The notes under the pieces: model-generated
Told to the model about the DNA's origin: nothing
Databases searched by the model: none
What the model saw: the letters and a program-made list of their open reading frames with translations, nothing else
Source: Alphaproteobacteria bacterium
Lineage (GTDB): Bacteria > Pseudomonadota > Alphaproteobacteria > DATDPM01
DNA length: 64,000 nucleotides
Assembly (NCBI GenBank): GCA_036475545.1
Contig: JAZGAE010000155.1
Location: 2,291-66,290 of the forward strand
Direction of reading: 5' to 3'
Translations under genes and position numbers: made by a program
Shown here: positions 29,328 to 38,943 of the stretch, piece by piece
How positions within the stretch are numbered: the stretch's first letter is position 1
Layout: every line of letters starts with the position of its first letter

Positions 29328-30449
29328 TCACGCGGCCGAGGTCTGCGCCGGCACCGGAGGGGGATGCCGCCACCGGGCTCGGAACAGGACGATGCCCCCG
29401 GCAATGATGGGGACGATGGCGTTGGCGTATAGCAAGGGCACGAGAGAGGGCACCTTGGCCGCGACGTTTTGGAGACCCAGCCCGGCCATCTGCACGAGAA
29501 TCATCAGCCCCGTGGCGAGAAGGATGCGGAGGGCCTGGCCACGCCGGGCGAAGTCGCCCGACAGCAGGATAGCCAAGGCGATAAAGGTGAAGGCAAGCGC
29601 CAACAGGGGGGACACCAGCCGCTGGTGTCCCTCGGCCCTCAGCTTGTAGTAGTTGTTGACGTCGTCCGGGGAGTTCGAGGGCCAGAACAGCTCGCTCAGG
29701 AACCGCTCACGTGGCTCACGCCACCGGGTCTTCCCGGTCTCCTTATCGCCGCTGACGTCCAGGTCGTACCGGTCGAAGTACAGTAACGAGAGCTCACCGT
29801 CCTCCTTCTCGACCTGTTGACGGTTGCCGTTGATCAAAACGACGCGCGGACCAGACTCGGTTTCAACCAGGATGCCGGACTCCGCTATCATCGTGACCGG
29901 CTTGCCGGGGATGCGGCTGTCGTGGATCAGAATACCCTGGAGTTCCCCGCTCGCCCGCCGGGCGCGCACATACACCGTGATGCCATCCGACAGCGTGTTG
30001 AACACGCCCTCCTGGAGCAACACCAAGGAATGGTCGTTGCGGATCTGGAACTGCAAGTCCTTGAACTCCCGGAAGGACGCCGGGAGGAGATAGATCGTGA
30101 AGCCGTAACACAGCACCATCACGGCGGTGGCCACCAGCAGGGCGGATTTCGCGAGGCCCGTCTGGCTGACGCCCGCCGCCCGCATCACCACCAGCTCGCT
30201 GTCCATCGTGAGCCTGTTGTAGACGAACGCGACCGCCGTGAATAAAGCGATCGGCAGGATGATCGCCAAGAAGGTGGGAAGCATCAGCAGCGACAGGTGC
30301 AGGAAGGTTGCGAAAGAGACGCCCCGGTTGACGATGAGGTCGATGAGGCGCAGCGATTGGCTCAGCCAAATGGCGCAGGTCAAGGCGACGGCGATGAACA
30401 GCGTGGACGCCAGAACCTGGCGCAGGATGTATCGGGTGATCCCGTTCAT
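29328..30449 (-). CDS. lptF: LPS export ABC transporter permease LptF
   Basis: N-terminus MNGITRYILRQVLASTLFIAVALTCAIWLSQSLRLIDLIVNRG. YjgP/YjgQ family. Confidence 0.85.
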   Translation of the reverse strand: MNGITRYILRQVLASTLFIAVALTCAIWLSQSLRLIDLIVNRGVSFATFLHLSLLMLPTFLAIILPIALFTAVAFVYNRLTMDSELVVMRAAGVSQTGLAKSALLVATAVMVLCYGFTIYLLPASFREFKDLQFQIRNDHSLVLLQEGVFNTLSDGITVYVRARRASGELQGILIHDSRIPGKPVTMIAESGILVETESGPRVVLINGNRQQVEKEDGELSLLYFDRYDLDVSGDKETGKTRWREPRERFLSELFWPSNSPDDVNNYYKLRAEGHQRLVSPLLALAFTFIALAILLSGDFARRGQALRILLATGLMILVQMAGLGLQNVAAKVPSLVPLLYANAIVPIIAGGIVLFRARWRHPPPVPAQTSAA

Positions 30450-30508
30450 GCTCGGAGTTTACAAACTCGGAATGAAATAGCGAGCAAACAAATAATGCGG
30501 CGGCGACC

Positions 30509-31348
30509 TCATGCCCTCGTCATCCAGAACGAAGTGTTGGCGACATCCGATGCCGGCAGCGCCTCGAAATACCCCTTCGTGTCCAAGTAGTGCACCGGGA
30601 GCAGCGGCCGCCATTCCCTCGAGTTCAGAAGGACGCAGGCCAGCAGATACTGCTCGTTGTACATGCGTTCGGTGAAGAGCTCGCTGTACTCGTAAGGAAG
30701 ACAGATGTCGTGTACGTGAACGAGGACTCCGGGCGGCGTCAGCGGCAGGATCTCAAGGAAAAACCGGGTCGTGTCCGTCCCGTTGAAGGCGTAGTGGCTC
30801 CCGTCGAGGAACAGGACGTCGTTGCGTTTCAACACCAGGAAAAGATCGAGGTCCACGTCGAGAAGGTTGTCGCGGATGACGCGGTCCGAGATCCCGTCGA
30901 TGTCCGCTCTGGGGCTCGGGTCTATGCTCGTGATCTCGCAGGCGATGCCGAAGTCATCGAGCGCCTTGCGGAAAAACTTGGTGCTGTTGCCGCTGCCGAT
31001 CTCGATGATCCGGGACGGGCGCCTCGCGGCGGTGAGCGCATAGGCGACCCGGGCGTCCACGAAGCTGAAGTAGCCGTTGTCCCAATAAGGCGTCCTCGGG
31101 TCGTCGCTGTTCCGGGGCACGGCCTCGATCTCGGGACACGCGAGATAGGGACGCAGTTCCTCCAAAGTGGCGGCGAACGTCTCCGAGTTCTCCAGGAGGA
31201 TGCCCTCGAGCGAAGCGTAGAGGTAGGACGACGGACGCGGGTTTATCGCCGTGCGTTCCTTGTCGTAGATGACGTGGACGCGGTCCGGCTTGGTCACGAG
31301 ACGGCGGATGTTCTTGATTACGCTCCCGAGACGGGCGTTTCGCTGCAT
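30509..31348 (-). CDS. class I SAM-dependent O-methyltransferase, CmcI/TylF(macrocin O-MT)-like
   Basis: SAM motif IIEIGSGNSTKFF. Acidic/metal motif VLFLDGSHY...VLVHVHDI, typical of the CmcI/TylF sugar O-methyltransferase fold. Local GC is about 58%, against about 68% in the flanks. Confidence 0.6.
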   Translation of the reverse strand: MQRNARLGSVIKNIRRLVTKPDRVHVIYDKERTAINPRPSSYLYASLEGILLENSETFAATLEELRPYLACPEIEAVPRNSDDPRTPYWDNGYFSFVDARVAYALTAARRPSRIIEIGSGNSTKFFRKALDDFGIACEITSIDPSPRADIDGISDRVIRDNLLDVDLDLFLVLKRNDVLFLDGSHYAFNGTDTTRFFLEILPLTPPGVLVHVHDICLPYEYSELFTERMYNEQYLLACVLLNSREWRPLLPVHYLDTKGYFEALPASDVANTSFWMTRA

Positions 31349-31593
31349 GTGAAGGTCCCTCGATCGTGACGGTCCCGTCGTCGCCGGCGCTCGAGGCAGC
31401 TTGACCCCGGGTTCCTTGCGAAGTCAACACGTCGGCGAGTGACGGGTCGGCGGGCCGGAGATTCTGGCGCCCGGACCGGTCCGTCGCCACGCCCCCGGGG
31501 CATGACGGCGTTATTCGGTGGCCTTTGACGGGAAGTATTTGGTAAGCAGGGAAGCCTGCTCGTCGAGCGCGGGATGGTGGCGGGCACGCTCGG

Positions 31594-32283
31594 GTGGAGA
31601 GGACGCGAGGACCGGTGTTCGGGGTATCGAGACTTCGGCGACTTCGCCGGATCGGCGGAAGGAGACGGGGCTTTGGGCTTGGATGCGCCGCCGCCGTGGC
31701 GCTGGTGGTCGCCGTGGCGCCGGCTTGGCCGGCCCCTCCTGCGGGGCGCGGCGCGGGCCCGGCGGGCGAGCAGATGGCATCTGGAACGGCGGGTCCTGAC
31801 GGCGGGGCGGTTCAAGCCCGCGACCGGACGGCCGGCCCGCGCCCACAGGCGGGGGAGGGGGAAAGTGTCCCGCAGACGGCGCCGCGAGAGGAGCGTGACG
31901 AGGAAGCGAGGAACGAATTGACGCCCGCGCCTGGGGCGGCCGCGACCGGAGAGGACGCCCCCGCGCTCGCGGAGGAAGAGGAGCCGTCGCACCTCGACCT
32001 CGACGGCATGAAAGCACGGCTGCGCGAGACAGAGGCCATCGGTTACTTTACCAAGCTCGAGCTCAGGATCGAGGTCAACGACCTGCTCGACGCGTTCCGC
32101 GTCTATCACGAAAGCGAGGGGCGGGGGACCATCGCGCAGTTGCACGAGCGGTACGACCTGCTTCTGTTGAAAATGCGTACCCTGCTCCAGGACAGCGACC
32201 CTAAACTAGCCCATGCCATTTCCGCCTCGCGCGAGAGCGTCTGGGTCCTGCTGTCCGATCCGGAGAAGTTCGTCAATTTGTGA
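31594..32283 (+). CDS. hypothetical secreted protein (Arg-rich n-region signal, Pro/Ala/Glu-rich linker, about 90-aa helical C-terminal domain)
   Basis: N-terminus with hydrophobic core CAAAVALVVAVAPAWPA. GC3 is high from about codon 30 onward. The C-terminal domain (GMKARLRETEAIGYFTKLELRIEVNDLLDAFRVYHESEG...) matches no family I recognise. The start is uncertain. Confidence 0.4.
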   Translation: MERTRGPVFGVSRLRRLRRIGGRRRGFGLGCAAAVALVVAVAPAWPAPPAGRGAGPAGEQMASGTAGPDGGAVQARDRTAGPRPQAGEGESVPQTAPREERDEEARNELTPAPGAAATGEDAPALAEEEEPSHLDLDGMKARLRETEAIGYFTKLELRIEVNDLLDAFRVYHESEGRGTIAQLHERYDLLLLKMRTLLQDSDPKLAHAISASRESVWVLLSDPEKFVNL

Positions 32284-32289
32284 GTCCGA

Positions 32290-32565
32290 ATGAGGAAGCA
32301 CCCCATGGCCATAGCCCGAAGGATCGCGCTCGGAACAACCGTGGTTGCCGTTCTCACGGCCCCCTTTTCCATTGCCGCCCAGGAGGACGTCGAAAAGGTC
32401 AAGAAGGACCTCTTTGCGGTGATCACCCTCAGAGGGAACCCCTGCGGCGCGGTCATAAGCTTCGAGCGTCTCGGCGAAAACGACTACAACGCCATTTGCC
32501 AGACCGGCGACCGCTACCACATCTTTGTTTCTTCCGAGGACCGGGTGGGCGTTGAGAAATACTAA
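32290..32565 (+). CDS. small secreted protein (about 65-aa mature, two Cys); hypothetical
   Basis: Sec signal (MAIARRIALGTTVVAVLTAPFSIAAQ). GC about 57%. It starts 7 nt after the upstream gene. A PepSY-like beta-rich fold is a loose guess only. Confidence 0.45.
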   Translation: MRKHPMAIARRIALGTTVVAVLTAPFSIAAQEDVEKVKKDLFAVITLRGNPCGAVISFERLGENDYNAICQTGDRYHIFVSSEDRVGVEKY

Positions 32566-32771
32566 CGTCCGTCCGCCGAAGCGCGGTGAGCCATGCTGCC
32601 GTCAGGCGCGAGCAGCGAAGCCGAGTCGGCCGACGCCCAGTGCGCCGCGCCGTGTTAGCCGGGGAGAGTGACGAGCGCGGGATCGTGGCGAGCGGGCCTC
32701 GCGCGTCTCGACCGCCCGCCTCGGGACCGCCGTCCGCACCTTGCCCGCCCGCCGGGTCTCGATCGAACGAG

Positions 32772-33461
32772 GTGACCTTGGAAACGGAAGGACAGTTCAA
32801 GCCGGCCAGCGCGATCAGCCCTGAAGAGCGGAAGCAAGAGTGGATGCGCTACTACTCTTACAAGCGCATCCACGAGCAGCTGATGCAGGTACAGATGCTC
32901 AAGGGCCTTTCCATCAACACCGTTCTGGAGATCGGGCCGTACTACGGGCTGGTGACTGCCATGCTCGACAACGCGGGCTACGAGGTCACCACCATGGACC
33001 TGAGCCCGCGAAGCTTCGAGAGACCCGACCGGCCCCACGTCGTGATGGACCTGACCGCGATCGAGGCCGGGAAGCTGAACGGATTCGACTGCATCATGTG
33101 CTGCGCGACGCTGGAGCACATCACCTTCGAGCAGGCCACGGCGGCGCTGCGCGCCTTTCGCGCCGCGAGTCCCCGCTACGTTGTGATTTCCGTGCCCTAC
33201 CAGGGAACCCAGCTGTTCTTCCAGACCTATCTGAACCGCCACAAGGCGAGCGAGCACTTTGCGATCAAGAAGCTGCGGTTCCTACGCGAATTCAGATTCG
33301 ACGCCGAGGCCGACCCCTACGGCCATAAGTGGGAGATCGGCTACCGCGGGTGGTCGCTCGGGCGGTTCGAGCGCGTGCTGCGCGGCGTCGGCTTCGAGAT
33401 ATTGAGGCGGGACTTCTCCTACCCGTCTTACTCCGTGTTCCACGTGCTGGAGCCCGTTTGA
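32772..33461 (+). CDS. class I SAM-dependent methyltransferase (Methyltransf_11/23-like)
   Basis: Motifs LEIGPYYG...VTTMDLSP and CATLEHI. The N-terminal ~60 codons of the track ORF from 32586 are an Arg/Pro-rich high-GC stretch and probably not coding. Alternative start: ATG at 32844. Confidence 0.6.
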   Translation: MTLETEGQFKPASAISPEERKQEWMRYYSYKRIHEQLMQVQMLKGLSINTVLEIGPYYGLVTAMLDNAGYEVTTMDLSPRSFERPDRPHVVMDLTAIEAGKLNGFDCIMCCATLEHITFEQATAALRAFRAASPRYVVISVPYQGTQLFFQTYLNRHKASEHFAIKKLRFLREFRFDAEADPYGHKWEIGYRGWSLGRFERVLRGVGFEILRRDFSYPSYSVFHVLEPV

Positions 33462-33527
33462 CGCGCGGCGCGCGGTCGCCGACAGGGCCTCTTTGCCGGC
33501 CTCGCCGAGCGCGGCCCCTCGCGAAGC

Positions 33528-34193
33528 CTAGACGATGATGGTGTTCACGAAGTAGAAGCTGCCGTTGATCCACAGCCCGGTAAGCGCATCGGGATTGTGC
33601 GCATAATCGACGATCCTGAGGACCATTTGAAGGTTGGAGGGGCCCGCCCGGGCCGGGTCGTGAACGAAGACCTCGAGGGTGCCGTCGTCTTGCACCAGCG
33701 CAAACACTTCGGCCTTCGGCCCGCAGCCCACGAGACGGGCGTTGCCGCCCGCGAGGCGCTCCACGCTTACCGCGACGGTTCGCCCTGCGTCCCGGACCCC
33801 ATCGCGCCCTGGTTCCGCGTTCGACGACGCGGGTGGGAGCGCGCCGCCCAGGAGACGTCCGCCCGCGGGCCCTGCCGCAGGGGCGGTCTGGGGGAGCGCG
33901 TCGGAACCGTGCGCGGCCATTGGCCTGGCGGCGGCGGCGTCGAGTTCCGCGGCGGCGACGGCGACCGGCGCGGGCGTCCCGCCGGGCGTCTCCGGAACGC
34001 GGCACACCGGGGCGCCCTCGATGATCCGGAGCATCGCGCAGTCCCTCCCTGCCATCGCCGAAACGGTATGGTCCGACACGCTCTTTCCGGTAAAGGCGTA
34101 GCTCAGCCCGGAAGCGGCCAGCGACGCTATGGTGATCGGGTCGCAAGCGGCAAGCAAGACGGGCAGCACCAGTATCGAAAGCACCTTCGTCAT
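33528..34193 (-). CDS. hypothetical lipoprotein
   Basis: Lipobox in MTKVLSILVLPVLLAAC-D. The 221-aa Ala/Pro/Gly-rich mature part matches no family I recognise. Confidence 0.5.
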   Translation of the reverse strand: MTKVLSILVLPVLLAACDPITIASLAASGLSYAFTGKSVSDHTVSAMAGRDCAMLRIIEGAPVCRVPETPGGTPAPVAVAAAELDAAAARPMAAHGSDALPQTAPAAGPAGGRLLGGALPPASSNAEPGRDGVRDAGRTVAVSVERLAGGNARLVGCGPKAEVFALVQDDGTLEVFVHDPARAGPSNLQMVLRIVDYAHNPDALTGLWINGSFYFVNTIIV

Positions 34194-34533
34194 GGGGCCT
34201 GTCTGTTACCAGATGAAGGATTTACCCTGTCAGAAAGTGCCTAATGAACCCTTAATAACCGGTTGTAATTAAGACAAAAAGCTACGTGGAAATGAGCCGC
34301 GCCCTCGTCCCGCCTGTATCAAGGATATCACCGGTCGAGGTTGGCCGACGGTGCGGCCTGGCGCCGCGTTGCCCGCGCCGCGGGCGGCGCGCCGGCTCAG
34401 CCGTGGCAGCGGCAAAGTTGCGCTTCCCTTTGCCGCCGGTATCGGTAGAGTCGGGTGGCCCGAACCGTCTGGGCGTTCGGCACGAACCGCCTGAATCCTC
34501 GGGCCGCCCCCTCGATCAGCGCAAGAGACTCTC

Positions 34534-36036
34534 ATGCAAATCACTTTCTCGACCCCGAAACTGCCGCGGACAGGGACCATCGCCGTGGGCGTCCTGGAAG
34601 GGAAGAAACTCACGCCAACCGCCGCTGCTCTGGACAGACGCACGGGCGGAGCGGTGGCCAAGGCGCTTTCTGCGAGCCGTTTCACCGGAAAGGTGGGGGA
34701 GATCCTTCCCATCCTCTCGCCGGCGGGGCTCGCCGTCAGGCGCGTCGTCCTCTATGGAATGGGGAAGGCGGGCGAGGTCGACGATTTGAGGATGCAGGCC
34801 GCGGGCGGCCACATCGTCGCTCACCTGGCCGGCACCGGGGAAAGCGCCGCCGCGGTTGCCGTGGACGCGGTGAAGGGCGCCAAGGCCAAGCCCGCCGCGA
34901 TGGCCGCGAACCTGGGATACGGCGCCAGTCTCAGGTCGTATCGCTTCGCTCGGTACCGCACCCGGGAGAAGAGGCAGGAGAAACCGAGCCTCAGGTCCAT
35001 GACCGTGATGGTGAGGGATCCACTGCCCGCGAGGAAGGCTTACGCCGTCCTCGATAAGGTCGCCGACGGCGTCTTCTTCACCCGCGACCTGGTATCGGAG
35101 CCCGCCAACGTCCTCTATCCGGAGACCCTGGCCCAGCAGGCCAGGAGCCTGACCAAGCTCGGCGTCAAGGTCGAGATCCTGGACGAGAAGAAATTGAGGA
35201 GGCTGGGCATGGGCGCGTTGCTCGGCGTTGCCCAGGGAAGCGTCCGCCCGCCCCGGGTCGTGGTCATGCAGTGGACAGGCGCGCGCAAGGCCAGGAACAA
35301 GCGCCCCGTGGCCTTCGTCGGCAAGGGAGTGACGTTCGATACCGGCGGCATTTCCATCAAGCCCTCGGAGGGCATGCACGACATGAAATGGGACATGGCC
35401 GGAGCCGGCGTGGTCATGGGCCTGATGAAGGCCCTGGCCAGGCGCAAGGCCAAGGTCAACGCGGTCGGCGTGGTCGGGCTGGTCGAGAACATGCCGTCCG
35501 GCTCGGCCCAGCGGCCCGGGGACATCGTCACCTCGATGTCGGGACAGACCATCGAGGTTCTCAACACCGACGCCGAGGGCCGCCTGGTGCTCGCCGACGC
35601 CCTTTGGTACTGCCAGAACCGCTTCAAGCCCAGGGCGATGGTGGACCTCGCCACGCTGACCGGCGCCATCATCGTCGCCCTCGGCAGCGAGTACGCGGGG
35701 CTGTTTGCGAACAACGACAAACTGGCCGAGGGCCTCGTGGCCGCCGGCAAGGCGACGGGCGAAAAGGTTTGGCGGCTGCCGCTGGCGGAGGCGTACGACA
35801 AGCTGGTCGACTGCGACGTCGCCGACATGAAGAACATCACCGGCGTCCGCGGGGCGGGCAGCATCACGGCGGCCCAGTTCCTTCAGCGCTTCGTCAACAA
35901 GGTCCCTTGGGCCCATCTCGACATCGCCGGAGTCGCGTGGGGGAAGAAGGACGCACCCACCGTGCCCAAAGGCGGGACCGGATTCGGCGTGCGCCTTCTC
36001 GACCGCTTCGTGCACGACAACTACGAGGAAAGATAG
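34534..36036 (+). CDS. pepA: leucyl aminopeptidase
   Basis: 500 aa. M17 signature NTDAEGRLVLADAL. Metal ligands (VGKGVTFDTGG). Conserved pepA-holC order. Confidence 0.9.
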   Translation: MQITFSTPKLPRTGTIAVGVLEGKKLTPTAAALDRRTGGAVAKALSASRFTGKVGEILPILSPAGLAVRRVVLYGMGKAGEVDDLRMQAAGGHIVAHLAGTGESAAAVAVDAVKGAKAKPAAMAANLGYGASLRSYRFARYRTREKRQEKPSLRSMTVMVRDPLPARKAYAVLDKVADGVFFTRDLVSEPANVLYPETLAQQARSLTKLGVKVEILDEKKLRRLGMGALLGVAQGSVRPPRVVVMQWTGARKARNKRPVAFVGKGVTFDTGGISIKPSEGMHDMKWDMAGAGVVMGLMKALARRKAKVNAVGVVGLVENMPSGSAQRPGDIVTSMSGQTIEVLNTDAEGRLVLADALWYCQNRFKPRAMVDLATLTGAIIVALGSEYAGLFANNDKLAEGLVAAGKATGEKVWRLPLAEAYDKLVDCDVADMKNITGVRGAGSITAAQFLQRFVNKVPWAHLDIAGVAWGKKDAPTVPKGGTGFGVRLLDRFVHDNYEER

Positions 36037-36083
36037 GCAAGCGGACAGAATCGCGGCGCCGTCATCCCGTGGCTGGACGCGCA

Positions 36084-36533
36084 ATGACCGACATCGGCTT
36101 CTACCACCTCCTGACGACGCCGCTCGAACGGGCGCTCCCCAAACTGCTCGAGAGAGTGCTGGAGAAAGGCGGCCGCGCCGTCGTGCTGGCCGGCTCGGAC
36201 GAACGGGTGGAGGCCCTCAGTGCGGCGCTCTGGACCTATGACCCCAACGCCTTCCTGCCCCATGGCGATCCCCGCGACGGGCGGCCGGAGGAGCAACCGA
36301 TCTGGCTCACGGTGGTGGACGAGAACCCCAACGGGGCGAACGTGCTGATTCTGACCGACGGCGCTGAATCCTCCCACGTCGGCGGCTTCGAGAAGTGCCT
36401 GGACGTCTTCGACGGCAGCGACGCGGAAGCGGTCGCCGCCGGCCGCGAGCGGTGGCGCAGGCACCAGGGCGCGGGCCACAGGCTCACCTACTGGCAGCAG
36501 GACGCCCAGGGCCGCTGGGAAAAGAAAGCGTGA
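36084..36533 (+). CDS. holC: DNA polymerase III subunit chi
   Basis: 149 aa from the ATG at 36084 (MTDIGFYHLLTTPLERALPKLLERVLEKGGRAVVL). The 5' portion of track ORF 35271..36533 is a shadow of pepA. Confidence 0.8.
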   Translation: MTDIGFYHLLTTPLERALPKLLERVLEKGGRAVVLAGSDERVEALSAALWTYDPNAFLPHGDPRDGRPEEQPIWLTVVDENPNGANVLILTDGAESSHVGGFEKCLDVFDGSDAEAVAAGRERWRRHQGAGHRLTYWQQDAQGRWEKKA

Positions 36534-36564
36534 CGGCCGTGCGCGGGCCGGGCGCGCCGCGGTC

Positions 36565-38325
36565 ATGAAGATCCTCTCCTGCCATGCCGGTTACCACGAC
36601 TCGGCCGCCGCGGTCTTCGACGAATACCGTCTGTTGGCCGCGGTTCAGCAGGAGAGGCTGACCCGCAAGAAAAGCGATGGCAACGGCGTCCCCTTCGCGT
36701 GCATCGACGAGTGCCTGGCGATCACCGGGATATCGCGGCAAGACATCGACGTGGTGGTGGTGACCCGCGGGGCTCTGCCCTGGCGCTACTACACTCACTT
36801 CGCGGGAGGCCGGTTCGTCGAGGGCAAGGTGCGGCAGTGGCTGGGCAAGGAGAAGCTCAAGAGCATGGCTCTCGAGCTGCGGCGTTCCGGCGGCACCCAG
36901 GCAGAGGGGATCTTCAATGGCCGGGGCTTCCTCGTCGATCTCGGGTTTGGCGCCGACGTCAAGCTCGGGTTTTGCAACCACCATATGTCCCATGCCTTGC
37001 CGGCCCTGTTCTACACGGATTGGGATGACGCGCTGTTGGTCACTTCGGACGGGGGCGGCGACAACGTTCAGTACAGCCACCGTGTGTTCCGCGATGGGAG
37101 GATCGAGACCCTCTACGGCGGCGACGAGTACCTGCTGGCGCCGACGCGGATAGACAGCCTTGGCCTCGCCTATGGTTACGCGACGCAGGCGCTGGGCTAC
37201 CGAATCAACCGTCACGAGGGAAAGCTCACCGGGCTCTCGGCCTATGGGAGCCCGGCGCTTTTCGATGACCTCGCCCCGCATTTCACGTTGCACCGGAACG
37301 GCCAGATCGAGAGCGACTTCGAGAGCTACCCGGCGATGCGCCGATTCATCTTCGAGCTGGCGGAAGGAGCGGCGCCGGAAGACGTGGCGGCCTCGATCCA
37401 GAAACTCCTGGAAGAATTCATGTTGGGCTCGGTGCGGCGCCTCCTCGAGCTGCACCCCGTCCGCCACCTGGGCCTCGCGGGCGGGGTGTTTGCGAATGTT
37501 AAACTCAACCGGCTCTTGGCCGAGCACACGGCCGCCGAGGAGGTATTCATATTTCCCGCCATGGGGGACGAGGGCCTCGCCGTGGGCGGCGCGCTTCAGT
37601 TCCTGTTGAAGCGCGACGGGCTGGAGCGGTGGCTGTCCGAGCGCCACCGGCTCGACGACGTTTATCTGGGCAGAGCCTACGACGACAGCATCGATGCGGT
37701 GCTCTGCGAATGTCCCGGGGTGGCCCGAGTCGCGGAGGAGCCCGTGAAAGAGAGCGTGGCGCTACTTGCCTCGGGGCGGATCGGAGCGATTTACACCGGG
37801 CGCATGGAATTCGGGCCGAGGGCGCTGGGCGCCCGGAGCATCCTCGCCAGCCCGCTCGACAGGACGATCAACGCAACCTTGAACGCCCGGCTCGGGCGCA
37901 CCGAGTTCATGCCTTTTGCGCCGGTGGTGGCCGAGGAGGACGCGGAGGCGGTGTTCGAGATCGGTCCGCTTAACCGTTACGCCGGGCGTTTCATGACCAT
38001 GACCTGCGCCGTGCGCGCAGCGTGGCGGGACAAGATCCCGGCGGTCATTCACGTCGACGGGACGGCCCGTCCGCAGATCGTCGCGCGCCACCAGAACCCG
38101 CTCTATTTCGATATCCTCGAGCTCTTCAAGGCGGCGACCGGCCTGCCGGTTCTGATCAACACCAGTTTCAACGTGCACGAGGAGCCGATCGTCAACCGGC
38201 CCGAGGAATGCTTGCAGGCGCTCGTCGATCGTCGTATCGACTTCGTTGTGACCTCGAGGGGGGTCTACGCGATGGCGGACGAGCCGCTTGATGGCCGCCG
38301 AATGGAACCGCCGGAGCACCCGTAG
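36565..38325 (+). CDS. carbamoyltransferase, NodU/CmcH/TobZ family
   Basis: 586 aa. N-terminal ASKHA-like domain (MKILSCHAGYHDSAAAV...QQERLTRKKSD). HHMSHA motif. C-terminal YrdC-like carbamoyltransferase domain. Confidence 0.8.
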   Translation: MKILSCHAGYHDSAAAVFDEYRLLAAVQQERLTRKKSDGNGVPFACIDECLAITGISRQDIDVVVVTRGALPWRYYTHFAGGRFVEGKVRQWLGKEKLKSMALELRRSGGTQAEGIFNGRGFLVDLGFGADVKLGFCNHHMSHALPALFYTDWDDALLVTSDGGGDNVQYSHRVFRDGRIETLYGGDEYLLAPTRIDSLGLAYGYATQALGYRINRHEGKLTGLSAYGSPALFDDLAPHFTLHRNGQIESDFESYPAMRRFIFELAEGAAPEDVAASIQKLLEEFMLGSVRRLLELHPVRHLGLAGGVFANVKLNRLLAEHTAAEEVFIFPAMGDEGLAVGGALQFLLKRDGLERWLSERHRLDDVYLGRAYDDSIDAVLCECPGVARVAEEPVKESVALLASGRIGAIYTGRMEFGPRALGARSILASPLDRTINATLNARLGRTEFMPFAPVVAEEDAEAVFEIGPLNRYAGRFMTMTCAVRAAWRDKIPAVIHVDGTARPQIVARHQNPLYFDILELFKAATGLPVLINTSFNVHEEPIVNRPEECLQALVDRRIDFVVTSRGVYAMADEPLDGRRMEPPEHP

Positions 38326-38466
38326 GCACGTAGGCCCCGCCCACGATGTGGTTGCCTCGCCCGCCCGATCCGGATATTAAGGCCGCGATTCTCGCGGAGG
38401 CGCGTTTCAGGGGAATTCTCGGCCTCCACCGTTTCTCTCCTTAAGCGATTTAGGGTCTTTGTCGTC

Positions 38467-38889
38467 ATGGCCGTCGAACGAACGCTTTCAATCCTCAAGC
38501 CCGACGTCACGCGCCGCAATCTCACCGGCGAGGTCAACGCGCGTCTGGAGCGGGCAGGCTTGCGCATCGTGGCGCAGAAGCGCATGTGTCTAACCCGCGA
38601 GCAGGCGGAAAAGTTCTACGCCGTGCACGCCAGCCGCTCTTTCTTCAAGGACCTGTGCGAGTTCATGATTTCCGGCCCGGTGGTGGTCCAGGTCCTCGAA
38701 GCCGAGAACGCGATCGCGCTCAACCGCGACGTCATGGGCGCCACCAATCCGGCTAATGCCGCGGAGGGGACGATCCGCAAGGACTTCGGCGAGTCGGTCG
38801 AAGCGAACTCGGTCCACGGATCGGATTCGCCCGAGACCGCTGGATGGGAGGTCGCTTTCTTCTTCGCCGAAATGGAGATCGTCGGCTGA
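38467..38889 (+). CDS. ndk: nucleoside-diphosphate kinase
   Basis: 140 aa. Motifs [10 protein letters not shown] and NSVHGSDS (active-site His). Confidence 0.95.
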   Translation: MAVERTLSILKPDVTRRNLTGEVNARLERAGLRIVAQKRMCLTREQAEKFYAVHASRSFFKDLCEFMISGPVVVQVLEAENAIALNRDVMGATNPANAAEGTIRKDFGESVEANSVHGSDSPETAGWEVAFFFAEMEIVG

Positions 38890-38943
38890 GCTCTCGCTCC
38901 GGACCGGCGCTTCGCGCCCCGCTCCGGCCCGCGGCACAAAATT

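Noticed and set aside
32586-32771. An N-terminal 62-codon extension of the second methyltransferase.
   Set aside because: It is Arg/Pro/Ser-rich and very high in GC, unlike the rest of the gene. The GTG at 32772 or the ATG at 32844 is the more plausible start.
35271-36083. The 5' 270 codons of track ORF 35271..36533.
   Set aside because: This is out of frame with, but lies inside, pepA. Only the last 149 aa (from the ATG at 36084) form HolC.
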